Part shown: positions 8,464-16,984 of the stretch, in pieces | Layout of the letters: the number at the start of each line of letters is the position of its first letter | Numbering within the stretch: position 1 is the stretch's first letter | Origin: a virus | Taxonomy: Duplodnaviria; Heunggongvirae; Uroviricota; Caudoviricetes | Virus record (IMG/VR): IMGVR_UViG_2864804954_000001 | Location: 1-46,192 of that record | Length of the DNA stretch: 46,192 nucleotides | Reading direction: 5' to 3' (one strand) | Notes under the pieces: model-generated | Told to the model about the DNA's origin: nothing | What the model saw: only the letters and a program-made list of their open reading frames with translations | The model's database searches: none | Position numbers and translations under genes: made by a program

Positions 8464-9114
8464 TTAGTTGGCTACTGCTTGCTGTTTACGACGTTTCGCG
8501 ATTTCGAGGAGCGACATGCCCGTCGTGTCAAAAGTCACCGCTGACTTTTCATTTTGTGATGATACTGTATTCGCTGTGGAAGTTGAAGCATTTGCACTGG
8601 TTGTCTTTTCTTCTGTTGGTTCTTTCGCCAACTCACGCATACGCTTGTTGATGGCGTCTGCAACGGTTGGTGTTGATTTAAATTCTGGAGCATGTGCAAT
8701 GCCTTTTGGCACAAGTCTGCTTTCGTCAACTGCTTTTGGAGAAGCTAGGGTGCGACCGACATTACTTTGGCGACCAAGTTTAAGGCCCATCGCTTCTGCA
8801 TTTTCGATTTGATTTTCTCGGAGCTTCTTGCGGTTCACGTAGTAGATTGCGCGTCCCGCTTGTTCTTCTTCCTTGCGCATACCGATGACCATGCAAGCCG
8901 AACCACTTGCGATAGCCGCCCCACAAGCCGCTTCGTTTGTATCTAAACTTCCTGCTTTGCGGTCTTCGATACGACGCAAGCATGATGCGTAATTGGGACG
9001 GTAGCCTGCTGCGCCGCAGTAGTCGCAGTAATACGCGTTAGTGCCTAATGCAGATTGTTCTATTGGGTAGACTTCTTCGTCTTTAAACTCGACTAAGCGA
9101 ATGTTACGTGCCAT
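8464..9114 (-). CDS. Hypothetical protein with Cys-rich N-terminal domain (216 aa)
   Basis: YYCDYCG...ASC...AC...AC; low-complexity T/S/A C-terminal half. ATG at 9114 follows the repeated leader. Confidence 0.7.
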   Translation of the reverse strand: MARNIRLVEFKDEEVYPIEQSALGTNAYYCDYCGAAGYRPNYASCLRRIEDRKAGSLDTNEAACGAAIASGSACMVIGMRKEEEQAGRAIYYVNRKKLRENQIENAEAMGLKLGRQSNVGRTLASPKAVDESRLVPKGIAHAPEFKSTPTVADAINKRMRELAKEPTEEKTTSANASTSTANTVSSQNEKSAVTFDTTGMSLLEIAKRRKQQAVAN

Positions 9115-9140
9115 GTGATGTACCTTTTTGATTGATGCTT
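9112..9140 (-). repeat. 29-bp conserved 5' leader, copy 1
   Basis: AAGCATCAATCAAAAAGGTACATCACATG; 28/29 identical to 11410-11438; both end in a start codon. Confidence 0.85.
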
Positions 9141-9213
9141 CGTTTCGATAAAGCAATGATATAGTGCTGATGTAGGGTTAGAAGCGTGTTTGTAACTAAC
9201 CCTAGTGTTTGCC

Positions 9214-9711
9214 CTACCATGTCGCCCAATTGTCGTACTGGGGCTTTGGTTGCGCAGGAATGTTGGTAACAACACCAGGCGTAGTGCCGTTGAGGTTGAA
9301 ATGCTTGGTAAGTGTCGGCAATGCCAAACTGCCATCATTACGCATCTCTAACCGCTTGTTCTTTTGTAGCGCGTAGATGAATCCATACACTTGAGATGCC
9401 TCAAGTTCGGCAGAGTAATTGCCTGCGTCCACAAGTTGCGAAATCAGATCCAAGAAACCAATTCCTCGATCTTTGAGTTGATGAATCCGCTGATTGCCGT
9501 TCTCTAGGCAAGTCTCATTGAGTTCGTCAATTTGCTTGGCGTAACTGTTCATGTCTGCACCGCTGTAGGTATTAACCCACACCGTTGATCTTTCGCTATT
9601 CATAGACAGCACTGCCGAATTGAAGTTGCCTTCAGCACCCGCCTCAATACCGACTACACTGAAAAAGCCTGTTAGTGTTTTGTAGGTGCTCTGTGTAAAT
9701 GTGAAGCTCAT
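9214..9711 (-). CDS. Hypothetical protein with WGxW-type C-terminal tail (..QYDNWATW)
   Basis: 165 aa from ATG at 9711, ATGA-coupled to the upstream gene. Confidence 0.75.
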   Translation of the reverse strand: MSFTFTQSTYKTLTGFFSVVGIEAGAEGNFNSAVLSMNSERSTVWVNTYSGADMNSYAKQIDELNETCLENGNQRIHQLKDRGIGFLDLISQLVDAGNYSAELEASQVYGFIYALQKNKRLEMRNDGSLALPTLTKHFNLNGTTPGVVTNIPAQPKPQYDNWATW

Positions 9712-10277
9712 TGCCACGTCCCCCATTGTGCGTATTGATTTGTCTTTGGAGCTTCCTCAATCTTTGTTCCCGTTAGTGCGCCAAACAGCTTGAAGCGTTG
9801 CTTTTGGTGTTCGCCATCATGCTGAATGCCAAGACTGTCTAACCAACGATTCAAGCCTTGAAGTGAAATCGTTGGTTGTTGTGCATTGCAGAAATTCATA
9901 ATGCGCGTGTCGGTCTGCATCAAACATCTGACATCGCCATTGTTGTCCTTGTAGGGGATGTGGCGCATGTAGACGTCGGACGGCGTGGCGACATATCCTG
10001 TATCTTCAGCGTAATCTAAGACTTTTTGGTAGCCTTTCAACAGGCGATCGTTTTCGCCAGGCTGCTTAATGTTATAAGCATCGGCACCAATCTCTATCTC
10101 CCCATGTCGATTCTCAACGCCAAGGTCAATGCTGATGCCAATTGCGACAGAGATGCCATTGTTTCGATTGCTTACAATGACAGCAATGGCACGCTCTCCT
10201 TCATTAGCGGAATTGGTATGAACGCCATCAAAACTGGCTGTAACCGTCAATACGGTCGGAGGAAGGTGCTCAATCAC
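9708..10277 (-). CDS. Hypothetical protein with WGxW-type tail (..QYAQWGTWQ)
   Basis: 189 aa from GTG at 10277 (GTGA overlap with the upstream stop). Confidence 0.75.
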   Translation of the reverse strand: MIEHLPPTVLTVTASFDGVHTNSANEGERAIAVIVSNRNNGISVAIGISIDLGVENRHGEIEIGADAYNIKQPGENDRLLKGYQKVLDYAEDTGYVATPSDVYMRHIPYKDNNGDVRCLMQTDTRIMNFCNAQQPTISLQGLNRWLDSLGIQHDGEHQKQRFKLFGALTGTKIEEAPKTNQYAQWGTWQ

Positions 10278-10882
10278 CACGCACCCCACTGATTGTTATA
10301 GGTCAAGTCAACTTCCTTGTACTTTTCACCACCCTGTAAGAAGTCCACGATGAAATGTGCATTACGACCGAGACATGCGTACATGGCTTCGCCCATGCCG
10401 TTTGCAGCCTCTAGCCATTGATTGCCTTTGTAGTGCGACAAGCCCATATCAAAGTCGCGCTTGCAGTATTCGCCATTCATCACCTTTTTGCGGAACTCGA
10501 TCATTTCGCCTTGATTGAAATTCACGAATCCATCTTCGTCGGTGCTGTATAGAATATTGATCGCTTTTGGCTCTTTGCCGTTACTTGTTGCCCATGTCAC
10601 ATCAATAAATACAGATCGGAGCGATTTAGTGGCTTGAATGGCTATACCCGCATGAATCTCTTTTAAGTCGTCGGTCATGCCGTTGAAGTGTGCAACAAAC
10701 AATGCCGTGTGACCTTCTGGACTTAGATCAACCATTTCGCCATTTACTTCGTCAATCTCCTTGTAGAGATCGACAAGGTCGCTGTCGTTCGTTGCTGACA
10801 CATCCTCTGTAATGTCGTCTTCGTCGGAGAACAGCGCGTCTAAGTCTTTGTCTGACAGCATGTAGCTTTTTGTAGTCATCAT
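10274..10882 (-). CDS. Hypothetical protein, acidic N-terminus, WGxW-type tail (..YNNQWGAW)
   Basis: 202 aa from ATG at 10882 (ATGA overlap). Confidence 0.75.
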   Translation of the reverse strand: MMTTKSYMLSDKDLDALFSDEDDITEDVSATNDSDLVDLYKEIDEVNGEMVDLSPEGHTALFVAHFNGMTDDLKEIHAGIAIQATKSLRSVFIDVTWATSNGKEPKAINILYSTDEDGFVNFNQGEMIEFRKKVMNGEYCKRDFDMGLSHYKGNQWLEAANGMGEAMYACLGRNAHFIVDFLQGGEKYKEVDLTYNNQWGAW

Positions 10883-11412
10883 GCCCACATTCCCCATGAC
10901 GATTGGTAGGCATTTGCACGTTCTTCATCGAGAGCTGCCATGCGGTTCTTTTCTTCTTCCGCCTCTTTAATGTCGGCTTCTGATGGTTCGACTGAATTAT
11001 GCCAACCACCTAACAGCATGATCTGCTCGACAACCGATGAGCCTAAGTCTTTACGAATGATCGAAAGCGCCTCTTTGTCTTTAAGTTTGTCATTGCCAAA
11101 AACATGCGCGTTAAGCTGACCAGGCTGTCCGAGCATCATCTTTGAATTTGAAAGACGGCGCGTATAACCTTTCTTTTCCTTTTCGTTGATCTTCTTCTGT
11201 GCCTCTGAATAGACTGTTGAATTGTTAATTCCGTGAGACCAAGAAATCTGACCTGTTTTTCCAATAGGGCCATATTGCGTCATCATGGATGCAATCTTGG
11301 TTGTTTTGTTCGCCACGACCATGATGCGATAGAACTTGTTGGAAGAACCCTCTGTGCATTCGAGATAGTATTGGGTTATCTCTACGCTGTGTTTGCCTGT
11401 GATTTCTGTCAT
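10879..11412 (-). CDS. WGR-domain protein with WGxW-type tail (..AYQSSWGMWA)
   Basis: YLECTEGSSNKFYRI...QYGPIGKTGQ...AQKKINEKEKKGY matches the WGR domain pattern. Confidence 0.75.
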   Translation of the reverse strand: MTEITGKHSVEITQYYLECTEGSSNKFYRIMVVANKTTKIASMMTQYGPIGKTGQISWSHGINNSTVYSEAQKKINEKEKKGYTRRLSNSKMMLGQPGQLNAHVFGNDKLKDKEALSIIRKDLGSSVVEQIMLLGGWHNSVEPSEADIKEAEEEKNRMAALDEERANAYQSSWGMWA

Positions 11413-11438
11413 GTGATGTACCTTTTTGCTTGATGCTT
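11410..11438 (-). repeat. 29-bp conserved 5' leader, copy 2
   Basis: AAGCATCAAGCAAAAAGGTACATCACATG. Confidence 0.85.
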
Positions 11439-11490
11439 AATTGTGAATGACGAATATTGGAAAGTAGCGTTTCGGGGCTACCTGATCTGT

Positions 11491-12072
11491 TTAGCCGAAC
11501 AATGCCCACTGTGCGTATTGCGGCTCTTGTTTTGGTGTCGGCTTTGTGACATTTGAAAAGATCGGCTTTCGCTCAAGTCTCCTCATGATGACATCTAGCT
11601 CTGTCATAATGTCTTTACCTACCGAATCTCCAAATTTGCGAAGGAGCATGTTTTCGGCGCGCTGTGCGTCGCCAATAGCTCTCAAAGGAAAATGAACACC
11701 ATTTACGTTGAATGGTGCATCCGCGTGTATGAAGTAGTGCTTCATATTTTCAAACATGCGGCTCTTGTATAGATCGCATTTAAACGTCGTGGAGATAAAT
11801 AAGCTCATAGATCGCATTTCGCGAACACCTTTGCTTTCCAGGCTATTTGGCGTAATGTCAAAAACCTCAGAACAGTGATGAACCCAATCATCTTCTTCGA
11901 TGTATCCGTCATCCGACACGAAGTCACTCAATGCGGTGCGTACTCCTCTAACTCCGCCAAGTAGAGGGTGGTAATCAGTTTTGTCATACAACTCAACCAC
12001 GAACGCCTCAGCAAGCATGTCGTGGTTTTTATTTTCCGTAATCTGAGAACGAACAATTAATTCCAAACTCAT
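11491..12072 (-). CDS. Hypothetical protein with WGxW-like tail (..QYAQWALFG)
   Basis: 193 aa from ATG at 12072 (ATGA overlap). Confidence 0.75.
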   Translation of the reverse strand: MSLELIVRSQITENKNHDMLAEAFVVELYDKTDYHPLLGGVRGVRTALSDFVSDDGYIEEDDWVHHCSEVFDITPNSLESKGVREMRSMSLFISTTFKCDLYKSRMFENMKHYFIHADAPFNVNGVHFPLRAIGDAQRAENMLLRKFGDSVGKDIMTELDVIMRRLERKPIFSNVTKPTPKQEPQYAQWALFG

Positions 12073-12659
12073 GCCCACATCCCCCACGCTGCTCCGTATT
12101 CGCGCCGCTGTGCCTCACCAGGCATTTTTGGCATTTGTGATTGCGGCTCGACAACACGAAGACTCGTTGCTGGCAGTTCTTCAAATTGCTGCTGAAAGAA
12201 GTTCAGGACTTCTATCGCTCTGCGTTTACCTAGCGACTCCACCAATGTAATTTGAAGATTCCTAAAACATTCCCGATCGACGACGTCATCGAATTTGCAC
12301 TCATTGCCAAATGGTGTCTTTGTCTCGTTGCGCGTCGTTACACAAAGATGATTCATTCTGCCTACATCATCGATACCGTAGTCATTGACGAGCTTGGCCG
12401 TCTCCTTGTTGCACAAGTGAGTAATGCGCTGGCGGGAAACGCTGTCGTGCTTTGTCGTGTTGATATATTGCCAATCTTCATATTCAAGGATGTACTTATC
12501 CTCGTCGTCATACTGGAAGCACTGAATCTCAGCCTTTCGCGTCAGGATGATTGCTGACAGGCTAGAGCGTTGACCGCCTCGCATGTCGATGGAGATCGTC
12601 TCGAAAATATGCGTCTCGTTTTTAAATACACTTGAGCTATAAACCGCTTGAATGCCCAT
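12069..12659 (-). CDS. Hypothetical protein with WGxW-type tail (..EYGAAWGMWA)
   Basis: 196 aa; start overlaps the primase stop (TAATG). Confidence 0.75.
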   Translation of the reverse strand: MGIQAVYSSSVFKNETHIFETISIDMRGGQRSSLSAIILTRKAEIQCFQYDDEDKYILEYEDWQYINTTKHDSVSRQRITHLCNKETAKLVNDYGIDDVGRMNHLCVTTRNETKTPFGNECKFDDVVDRECFRNLQITLVESLGKRRAIEVLNFFQQQFEELPATSLRVVEPQSQMPKMPGEAQRREYGAAWGMWA

Positions 12660-13753
12660 TACATGAGTTCCATTTTTAATTTAATTGCTGATGTAGTATT
12701 TATAACTCGCGCATTGAGGAAAGCATCGCGAACTACTTGGGCATCTACTTCATTCGGGTCTTTATCCTTCGGTAGCCTTGCAAGTCGCGCGACAAAGCCA
12801 ACACCATGCAACATCAATGCGGCATCCACTGCGTCATTCAGCGCCACCTTCTCGCCATCCCACATGATTGTGATGCGCTTCAAGCCTGCATCTTTCATCT
12901 TGAGCAGCTGTGCCAACTGAGAACTTTCGTCGCCATGCGACAGATGCTTACCGAATGAACCGATTGCTGCCACGTTGCACAAGGCGTCGTCTTCTTGAAA
13001 CGCCTGGTGAATTGCCATGACGTCGAACACACCTTCGCCCATGCACGCGTCTTTATAGCCAAACGCATTATGGCCATTAAAAATAATTGAGCCTGTAGAC
13101 GCAAAACCGTTAGGGAATAAGTATTTCTTTTCCGATGTGCCAGTGATGTCACGACCTTGATAGGACACAAGATTGCCGTCCAGATCGTAGATAGGAATAA
13201 TGATTCGACTGCTGAAATTTTGTAACTTGCGTTCCCCTTCATGGTCGATGTATTCAAACCACCCCTTTTGACAGTAGCGCAAGCCAAAATCTTTCGTCGT
13301 GTCGTTTGTAATACCGCGCTCTTGGAGGTACTTGAGATTGCGACCGCCCACAGGTAACACCATTGACTTAGGCATTTTTAGTGCACCACGCTCTGCAGGC
13401 TTGTACTCACTACGCTTTACGGTGAAGCCTTGTTCTTCTGCGATAGCTTTGATGTGATCCACGATCTCGCGATTGTTCAGATCGCCCAATGATGCTTTGA
13501 TGAATGACCACTTTGAGAACTTAGCCTCACAGTCACCGTGAAAGCAGTTACCCAAGCCAGTCTCTTGCCCCATGTAGACCTTCCAATTGCTGTTACCGCA
13601 CACTGGACATTCGCGAATATTCAACTGAACACCGCGAGAACCACGTGCAACCTTGTACTCGACCGCCTCACGGTTGAGCCAATACTCCATGTCGATCTTG
13701 TCGAGTATTTCGCCAATCTCTGAATTATCGCGTTTGGTGACTGAGGTGGACAT
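12659..13753 (-). CDS. DNA primase (Zn-ribbon + TOPRIM)
   Basis: CPVCG...NCFHGDC zinc finger; YLQERGI, RIIIPIYDLDGNLVSYQGRDI, MGEGVFDV, MWDGE, KDKDPNE. Confidence 0.9.
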   Translation of the reverse strand: MSTSVTKRDNSEIGEILDKIDMEYWLNREAVEYKVARGSRGVQLNIRECPVCGNSNWKVYMGQETGLGNCFHGDCEAKFSKWSFIKASLGDLNNREIVDHIKAIAEEQGFTVKRSEYKPAERGALKMPKSMVLPVGGRNLKYLQERGITNDTTKDFGLRYCQKGWFEYIDHEGERKLQNFSSRIIIPIYDLDGNLVSYQGRDITGTSEKKYLFPNGFASTGSIIFNGHNAFGYKDACMGEGVFDVMAIHQAFQEDDALCNVAAIGSFGKHLSHGDESSQLAQLLKMKDAGLKRITIMWDGEKVALNDAVDAALMLHGVGFVARLARLPKDKDPNEVDAQVVRDAFLNARVINTTSAIKLKMELM

Positions 13754-13811
13754 TGTTTGTATCTCTTAAAACTTGTTACACGTCTACTTTAGACGCTGAA
13801 TACTGGAACGC

Positions 13812-13834
13812 AAAAAGGGCGTGTAAAACGCCCT
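13812..13834 (-). terminator. Intrinsic terminator
   Basis: AGGGCGT-N5-ACGCCCT followed by TTTTT on the minus strand. Confidence 0.75.
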
Positions 13835-13908
13835 GTGCTTTGCTTATGCCGCTTGCGCTTCGTCAGCAATCAGAAGGTTAGCCACCCGAAGGTGACTAAG
13901 TAAGCGAA

Positions 13909-14541
13909 TCAAATTGCTGGAAATGCAATGTTCAATCGTCGCATCTTCACTTTACATGCCGTGAGGAACTTACTTCGCGATGACCATGCAAGGTTGTCGA
14001 GGTTGGCGTTGTTACGGTCGCCATCTAGGTGCTCAACCAAATCAAGACCAAACATGATGGTTGGACCCTTCGGTGTGAGGTAGATGTCCTGCATATACTG
14101 TGGCATCTCAGAGAATGCTTGCAGAACCAAATGAGACACGCGACACGACACATAGCCATCTTTTGACTTTGATTGGCGACACATGCGATTTGGCAAGTAA
14201 ACTACCGCTGATTTGCCTTTGCAATTGACGTGGTTTTGCTTGCGCTCCTCCCATGCGCCATTCACATTTACTTCAACCTTTGTGCCTGTGCGGTTTACGC
14301 GTAAAACGATGCCATACACATAGGTTTCGCGAAATTCGTCGTCCGCGACTGGCAATGGAGTTATAACTTCAAACCCACCATCAGTCGCTTCAGGCTTTCC
14401 CGCAAAATGTTCCGCTGCTTGTTCGGCTGTTGTGATGCCGATTTCCGACAAAGCTTTTTCAACAAAGTGCTTCTTTACCACCTCTGCCGCTTCTACTTTT
14501 GCTTCGGCTTTGATTTGCGCAAGTTCTTCTGGACTAAACAT
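13909..14541 (-). CDS. HNH-endonuclease-like protein
   Basis: RVSHLVLQAF...VEHLDGDRNNANLDNLAWS resembles the phage HNH_3 pattern (VHRLVAxAF...HxDGxxxNNxxxNLxW). Confidence 0.6.
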   Translation of the reverse strand: MFSPEELAQIKAEAKVEAAEVVKKHFVEKALSEIGITTAEQAAEHFAGKPEATDGGFEVITPLPVADDEFRETYVYGIVLRVNRTGTKVEVNVNGAWEERKQNHVNCKGKSAVVYLPNRMCRQSKSKDGYVSCRVSHLVLQAFSEMPQYMQDIYLTPKGPTIMFGLDLVEHLDGDRNNANLDNLAWSSRSKFLTACKVKMRRLNIAFPAI

Positions 14542-14591
14542 ACTTTTTCCTTTTAGGTTGGTGGTGAGCCGCTCTGACTCACCCGATCGAC

Positions 14592-14783
14592 TTAATGACC
14601 TCTAACCACCTTAATTGCATCCTTGATTGCGCTTGTGCCGATGTTGCGTAACTTCTGCAATTTTGATGGCTGTTGTTTAACCTCCACCATGTCTGCAGGC
14701 ACTACGAATAACCAATCATCTATAGGCTTATCGAGTACAAGCACCTCAACTGTTGGCTCTTTAAGTAGCTGTTGATCTTTCAT
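14592..14783 (-). CDS. Small hypothetical protein (63 aa)
   Basis: GGAG RBS before ATG at 14783 (MKDQQLLKEPTVEVLVLD...). Confidence 0.55.
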   Translation of the reverse strand: MKDQQLLKEPTVEVLVLDKPIDDWLFVVPADMVEVKQQPSKLQKLRNIGTSAIKDAIKVVRGH

Positions 14784-14850
14784 TTTATTCTCCGCAAGTG
14801 AACTGTTTCGAGAGTGTATAGTCACTTGCGGTTTCAGGGGATGCAAGCGC

Positions 14851-15015
14851 TTAGCTCACATCGCCTGTTGGCTGTTTTTCTTTCTTTGGTTGAGTCACAT
14901 TGACGAACCAAGCCACGATCATTGCTGCTGTCGCTACGCCAAACGTAAACGCCAACCCGATGAAGTAAGCCCAAAACATTGAGCCTACTAAACTAAAGTT
15001 CACACTGAGTTCCAT
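14851..15015 (-). CDS. Small single-pass membrane protein (54 aa)
   Basis: Hand translation MELSVNFSLVGSMFWAYFIGLAFTFGVATAAMIVAWFVNVTQPKKEKQPTGDVS; TGATG coupling to the helicase stop. Below the ORF-track size cutoff. Confidence 0.55.
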   Translation of the reverse strand: MELSVNFSLVGSMFWAYFIGLAFTFGVATAAMIVAWFVNVTQPKKEKQPTGDVS

Positions 15016-16415
15016 CACTCGATCCTCACTACATCTTCGATGAATTTCATCATGGACAAGTTTTGCTTGATCACGACGGTAAAGCCTGATTCTTGGTTAC
15101 GTGATGCCGCAAAGTACAAGCGAGATTCGCCACGCGCCGCTTCTTCTTCGGTCTTGTTGATCGAGATCATCAAGTCCACTGTACGCACCTTGTTAAAGTC
15201 CTCTGCGACGTGTTCTGCTTTTGCAACGGTTGACTTAAAGCCCTCACGGTTGGTCTGCGTTGCTGTCAGTACCGCTGCATTCTCCTCAAACGCGATAGCA
15301 CGTAAATCGACATAAACACTTTTGGAGTTCTCGATCGCGTCATTCGTGCGATAGTTTGGAGCCATAATGTCTGCATAATCGACCACAATTAAGTCAAACT
15401 TAATCGGTGGGCGAATTGAACCATCGGGATTCCGCCCAGGCGTTTTGTATCGCTGCACCAACTGACGCAATTGATTAGGACTGAACGTACCTGAAGGATA
15501 TTCATGCAAGATCAGCTTGCCTGCCTTCTCCCCTGCTTTCTTGACCACTTCCGCAACTGATGCCGCTTTCGCGCCAAGCTCTTTCATCACGACACTTGCA
15601 ACTGACGCATCCATACGGTCTGAGATAATGTTTGCACCAACCTCTAAGGTCGCGTACAACACATTGAAACCGTGAAATGACGCCATGCGTGCGAAGTGAA
15701 TCAAGGCTGTCGTTTTACCTGCCTTTGCACCACCCATGATTGACGTAAGCTCTCGACGCCCCCAACCGCGATGGTAGAGAACAGCATCGAGCTTTGGCGT
15801 ACCAGTCGTGATACCTTGCGGTGGCAGCACACCTGTTTCTTTCTCAATACGGACAACGGTACGATCTGCAACTTTGGCGTAGTAGTCATACATTGCGCCA
15901 TCTTCATTGATACCGACTGTGAGTGCTGATTGGACGAGTTCGTCAATTTTGACAAATTCACCGCGTCTTAGGAGTTCAACCGAGTTCATGATTGCCTGTG
16001 TCATCGCTTGCTGTTTAGCAAAGTTGACAAGGTTGTCCTCGACGTAACCGCGATTGGATACGTCTGCATCGAGCAGCGTCTTGACGGACGCTGCTACTAT
16101 TGGACCCATTTCTTTGGTGATCTGCTTTGACGCAATGGCATCTTTAATCGACTTAACTAAAGATGCTTTGTCAGGAGCGCAGTTGTACTTTTTGAAGTGA
16201 CGTAGGGCGATGTCAACTAACTTTGCTTCACCCTTGTTTTCAAAGTATTCAGGACGCAGTATGTGTGCGGTACGACGCAAGAACTCGTCATCTCGCAGAG
16301 CCAGTGCTGCAATCTTCGTCTGAAATGCTTCTTCAAATTCAAACGTGCTTACAGGCGAACCTGTGGGGTCTTCCACAAGTTCTGTTGGCTCTAAAACTGC
16401 TGCTGTCGCTGTCAT
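15015..16415 (-). CDS. dnaB: Replicative DnaB-like (SF4) helicase
   Basis: Walker A MGGAKAGKTT, YATLE, Walker B IVVDYAD, TATQTNR, AEDFNK, ASRNQE. Confidence 0.92.
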   Translation of the reverse strand: MTATAAVLEPTELVEDPTGSPVSTFEFEEAFQTKIAALALRDDEFLRRTAHILRPEYFENKGEAKLVDIALRHFKKYNCAPDKASLVKSIKDAIASKQITKEMGPIVAASVKTLLDADVSNRGYVEDNLVNFAKQQAMTQAIMNSVELLRRGEFVKIDELVQSALTVGINEDGAMYDYYAKVADRTVVRIEKETGVLPPQGITTGTPKLDAVLYHRGWGRRELTSIMGGAKAGKTTALIHFARMASFHGFNVLYATLEVGANIISDRMDASVASVVMKELGAKAASVAEVVKKAGEKAGKLILHEYPSGTFSPNQLRQLVQRYKTPGRNPDGSIRPPIKFDLIVVDYADIMAPNYRTNDAIENSKSVYVDLRAIAFEENAAVLTATQTNREGFKSTVAKAEHVAEDFNKVRTVDLMISINKTEEEAARGESRLYFAASRNQESGFTVVIKQNLSMMKFIEDVVRIE

Positions 16416-16425
16416 GGTTAAATCC

Positions 16426-16926
16426 TTAGCTAAACTTCACGCCATCTACTACAGGCGCAAACTCAATGAGGTTGTGCTTGAAGAAAACGCGATTTTGGTA
16501 TGCGTCTGGATTGTCTGGAGTTGCACAGCTAATGCGGATTGAAATGGTCGTTTCGTCGCAGCCTTTGATTACACCTGTGTATTCATCGCCTGCAATAGTC
16601 ACCAAACGAATGACGGCCGCTGAACGCATAAGACCTTTCAAAAAGGCTTGATGTCCAGTTGCTCGGTTGCCGTCGTTACGATCATCAAAACCGTGATCAT
16701 CTTGGTTACGCGGTGTAAAGCCACCGTTATGACGCTGACCGCGATAGCCATTATGTTGACCAAATTGGTTTGGACGTTGAACGTGACTGTTTTCGTAACC
16801 ACCGCCACCAACACTGTTACCGACTGGCTGACGATAGACCATATCGCTTTCGTTCTGCATCATCGTCTGACCGTAGCTGCGCTGATTTTGAAGCTCGTCA
16901 CGCCAAGCTGACCCTGTACCATTCAT
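16426..16926 (-). CDS. Hfq/Sm-like RNA-binding protein with G/N/Q/R-rich N-terminal extension
   Basis: C-terminal HQAFLKGLMRSAAVIRLVTIAGDEYTGVIKGCDETTISIR...RVFFKHNLIEFAP aligns by eye with Hfq [39 protein letters not shown]...QMVYKHAISTVVP (helix, Sm1, Sm2). Confidence 0.7.
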   Translation of the reverse strand: MNGTGSAWRDELQNQRSYGQTMMQNESDMVYRQPVGNSVGGGGYENSHVQRPNQFGQHNGYRGQRHNGGFTPRNQDDHGFDDRNDGNRATGHQAFLKGLMRSAAVIRLVTIAGDEYTGVIKGCDETTISIRISCATPDNPDAYQNRVFFKHNLIEFAPVVDGVKFS

Positions 16927-16984
16927 GTTTTATATCCTTATAAAAACCGAGTGAATCAAACGCGATTCACTCATGGCACAAGTA

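Noticed and set aside
9214-12087. ORF-track starts MGDVAM, MGCVVI, MGNVGM and MGDVGM as a shared N-terminal motif
   Set aside because: They are out-of-frame readings of the upstream WGxW codons; the true starts are at the ATGA/GTGA overlaps.
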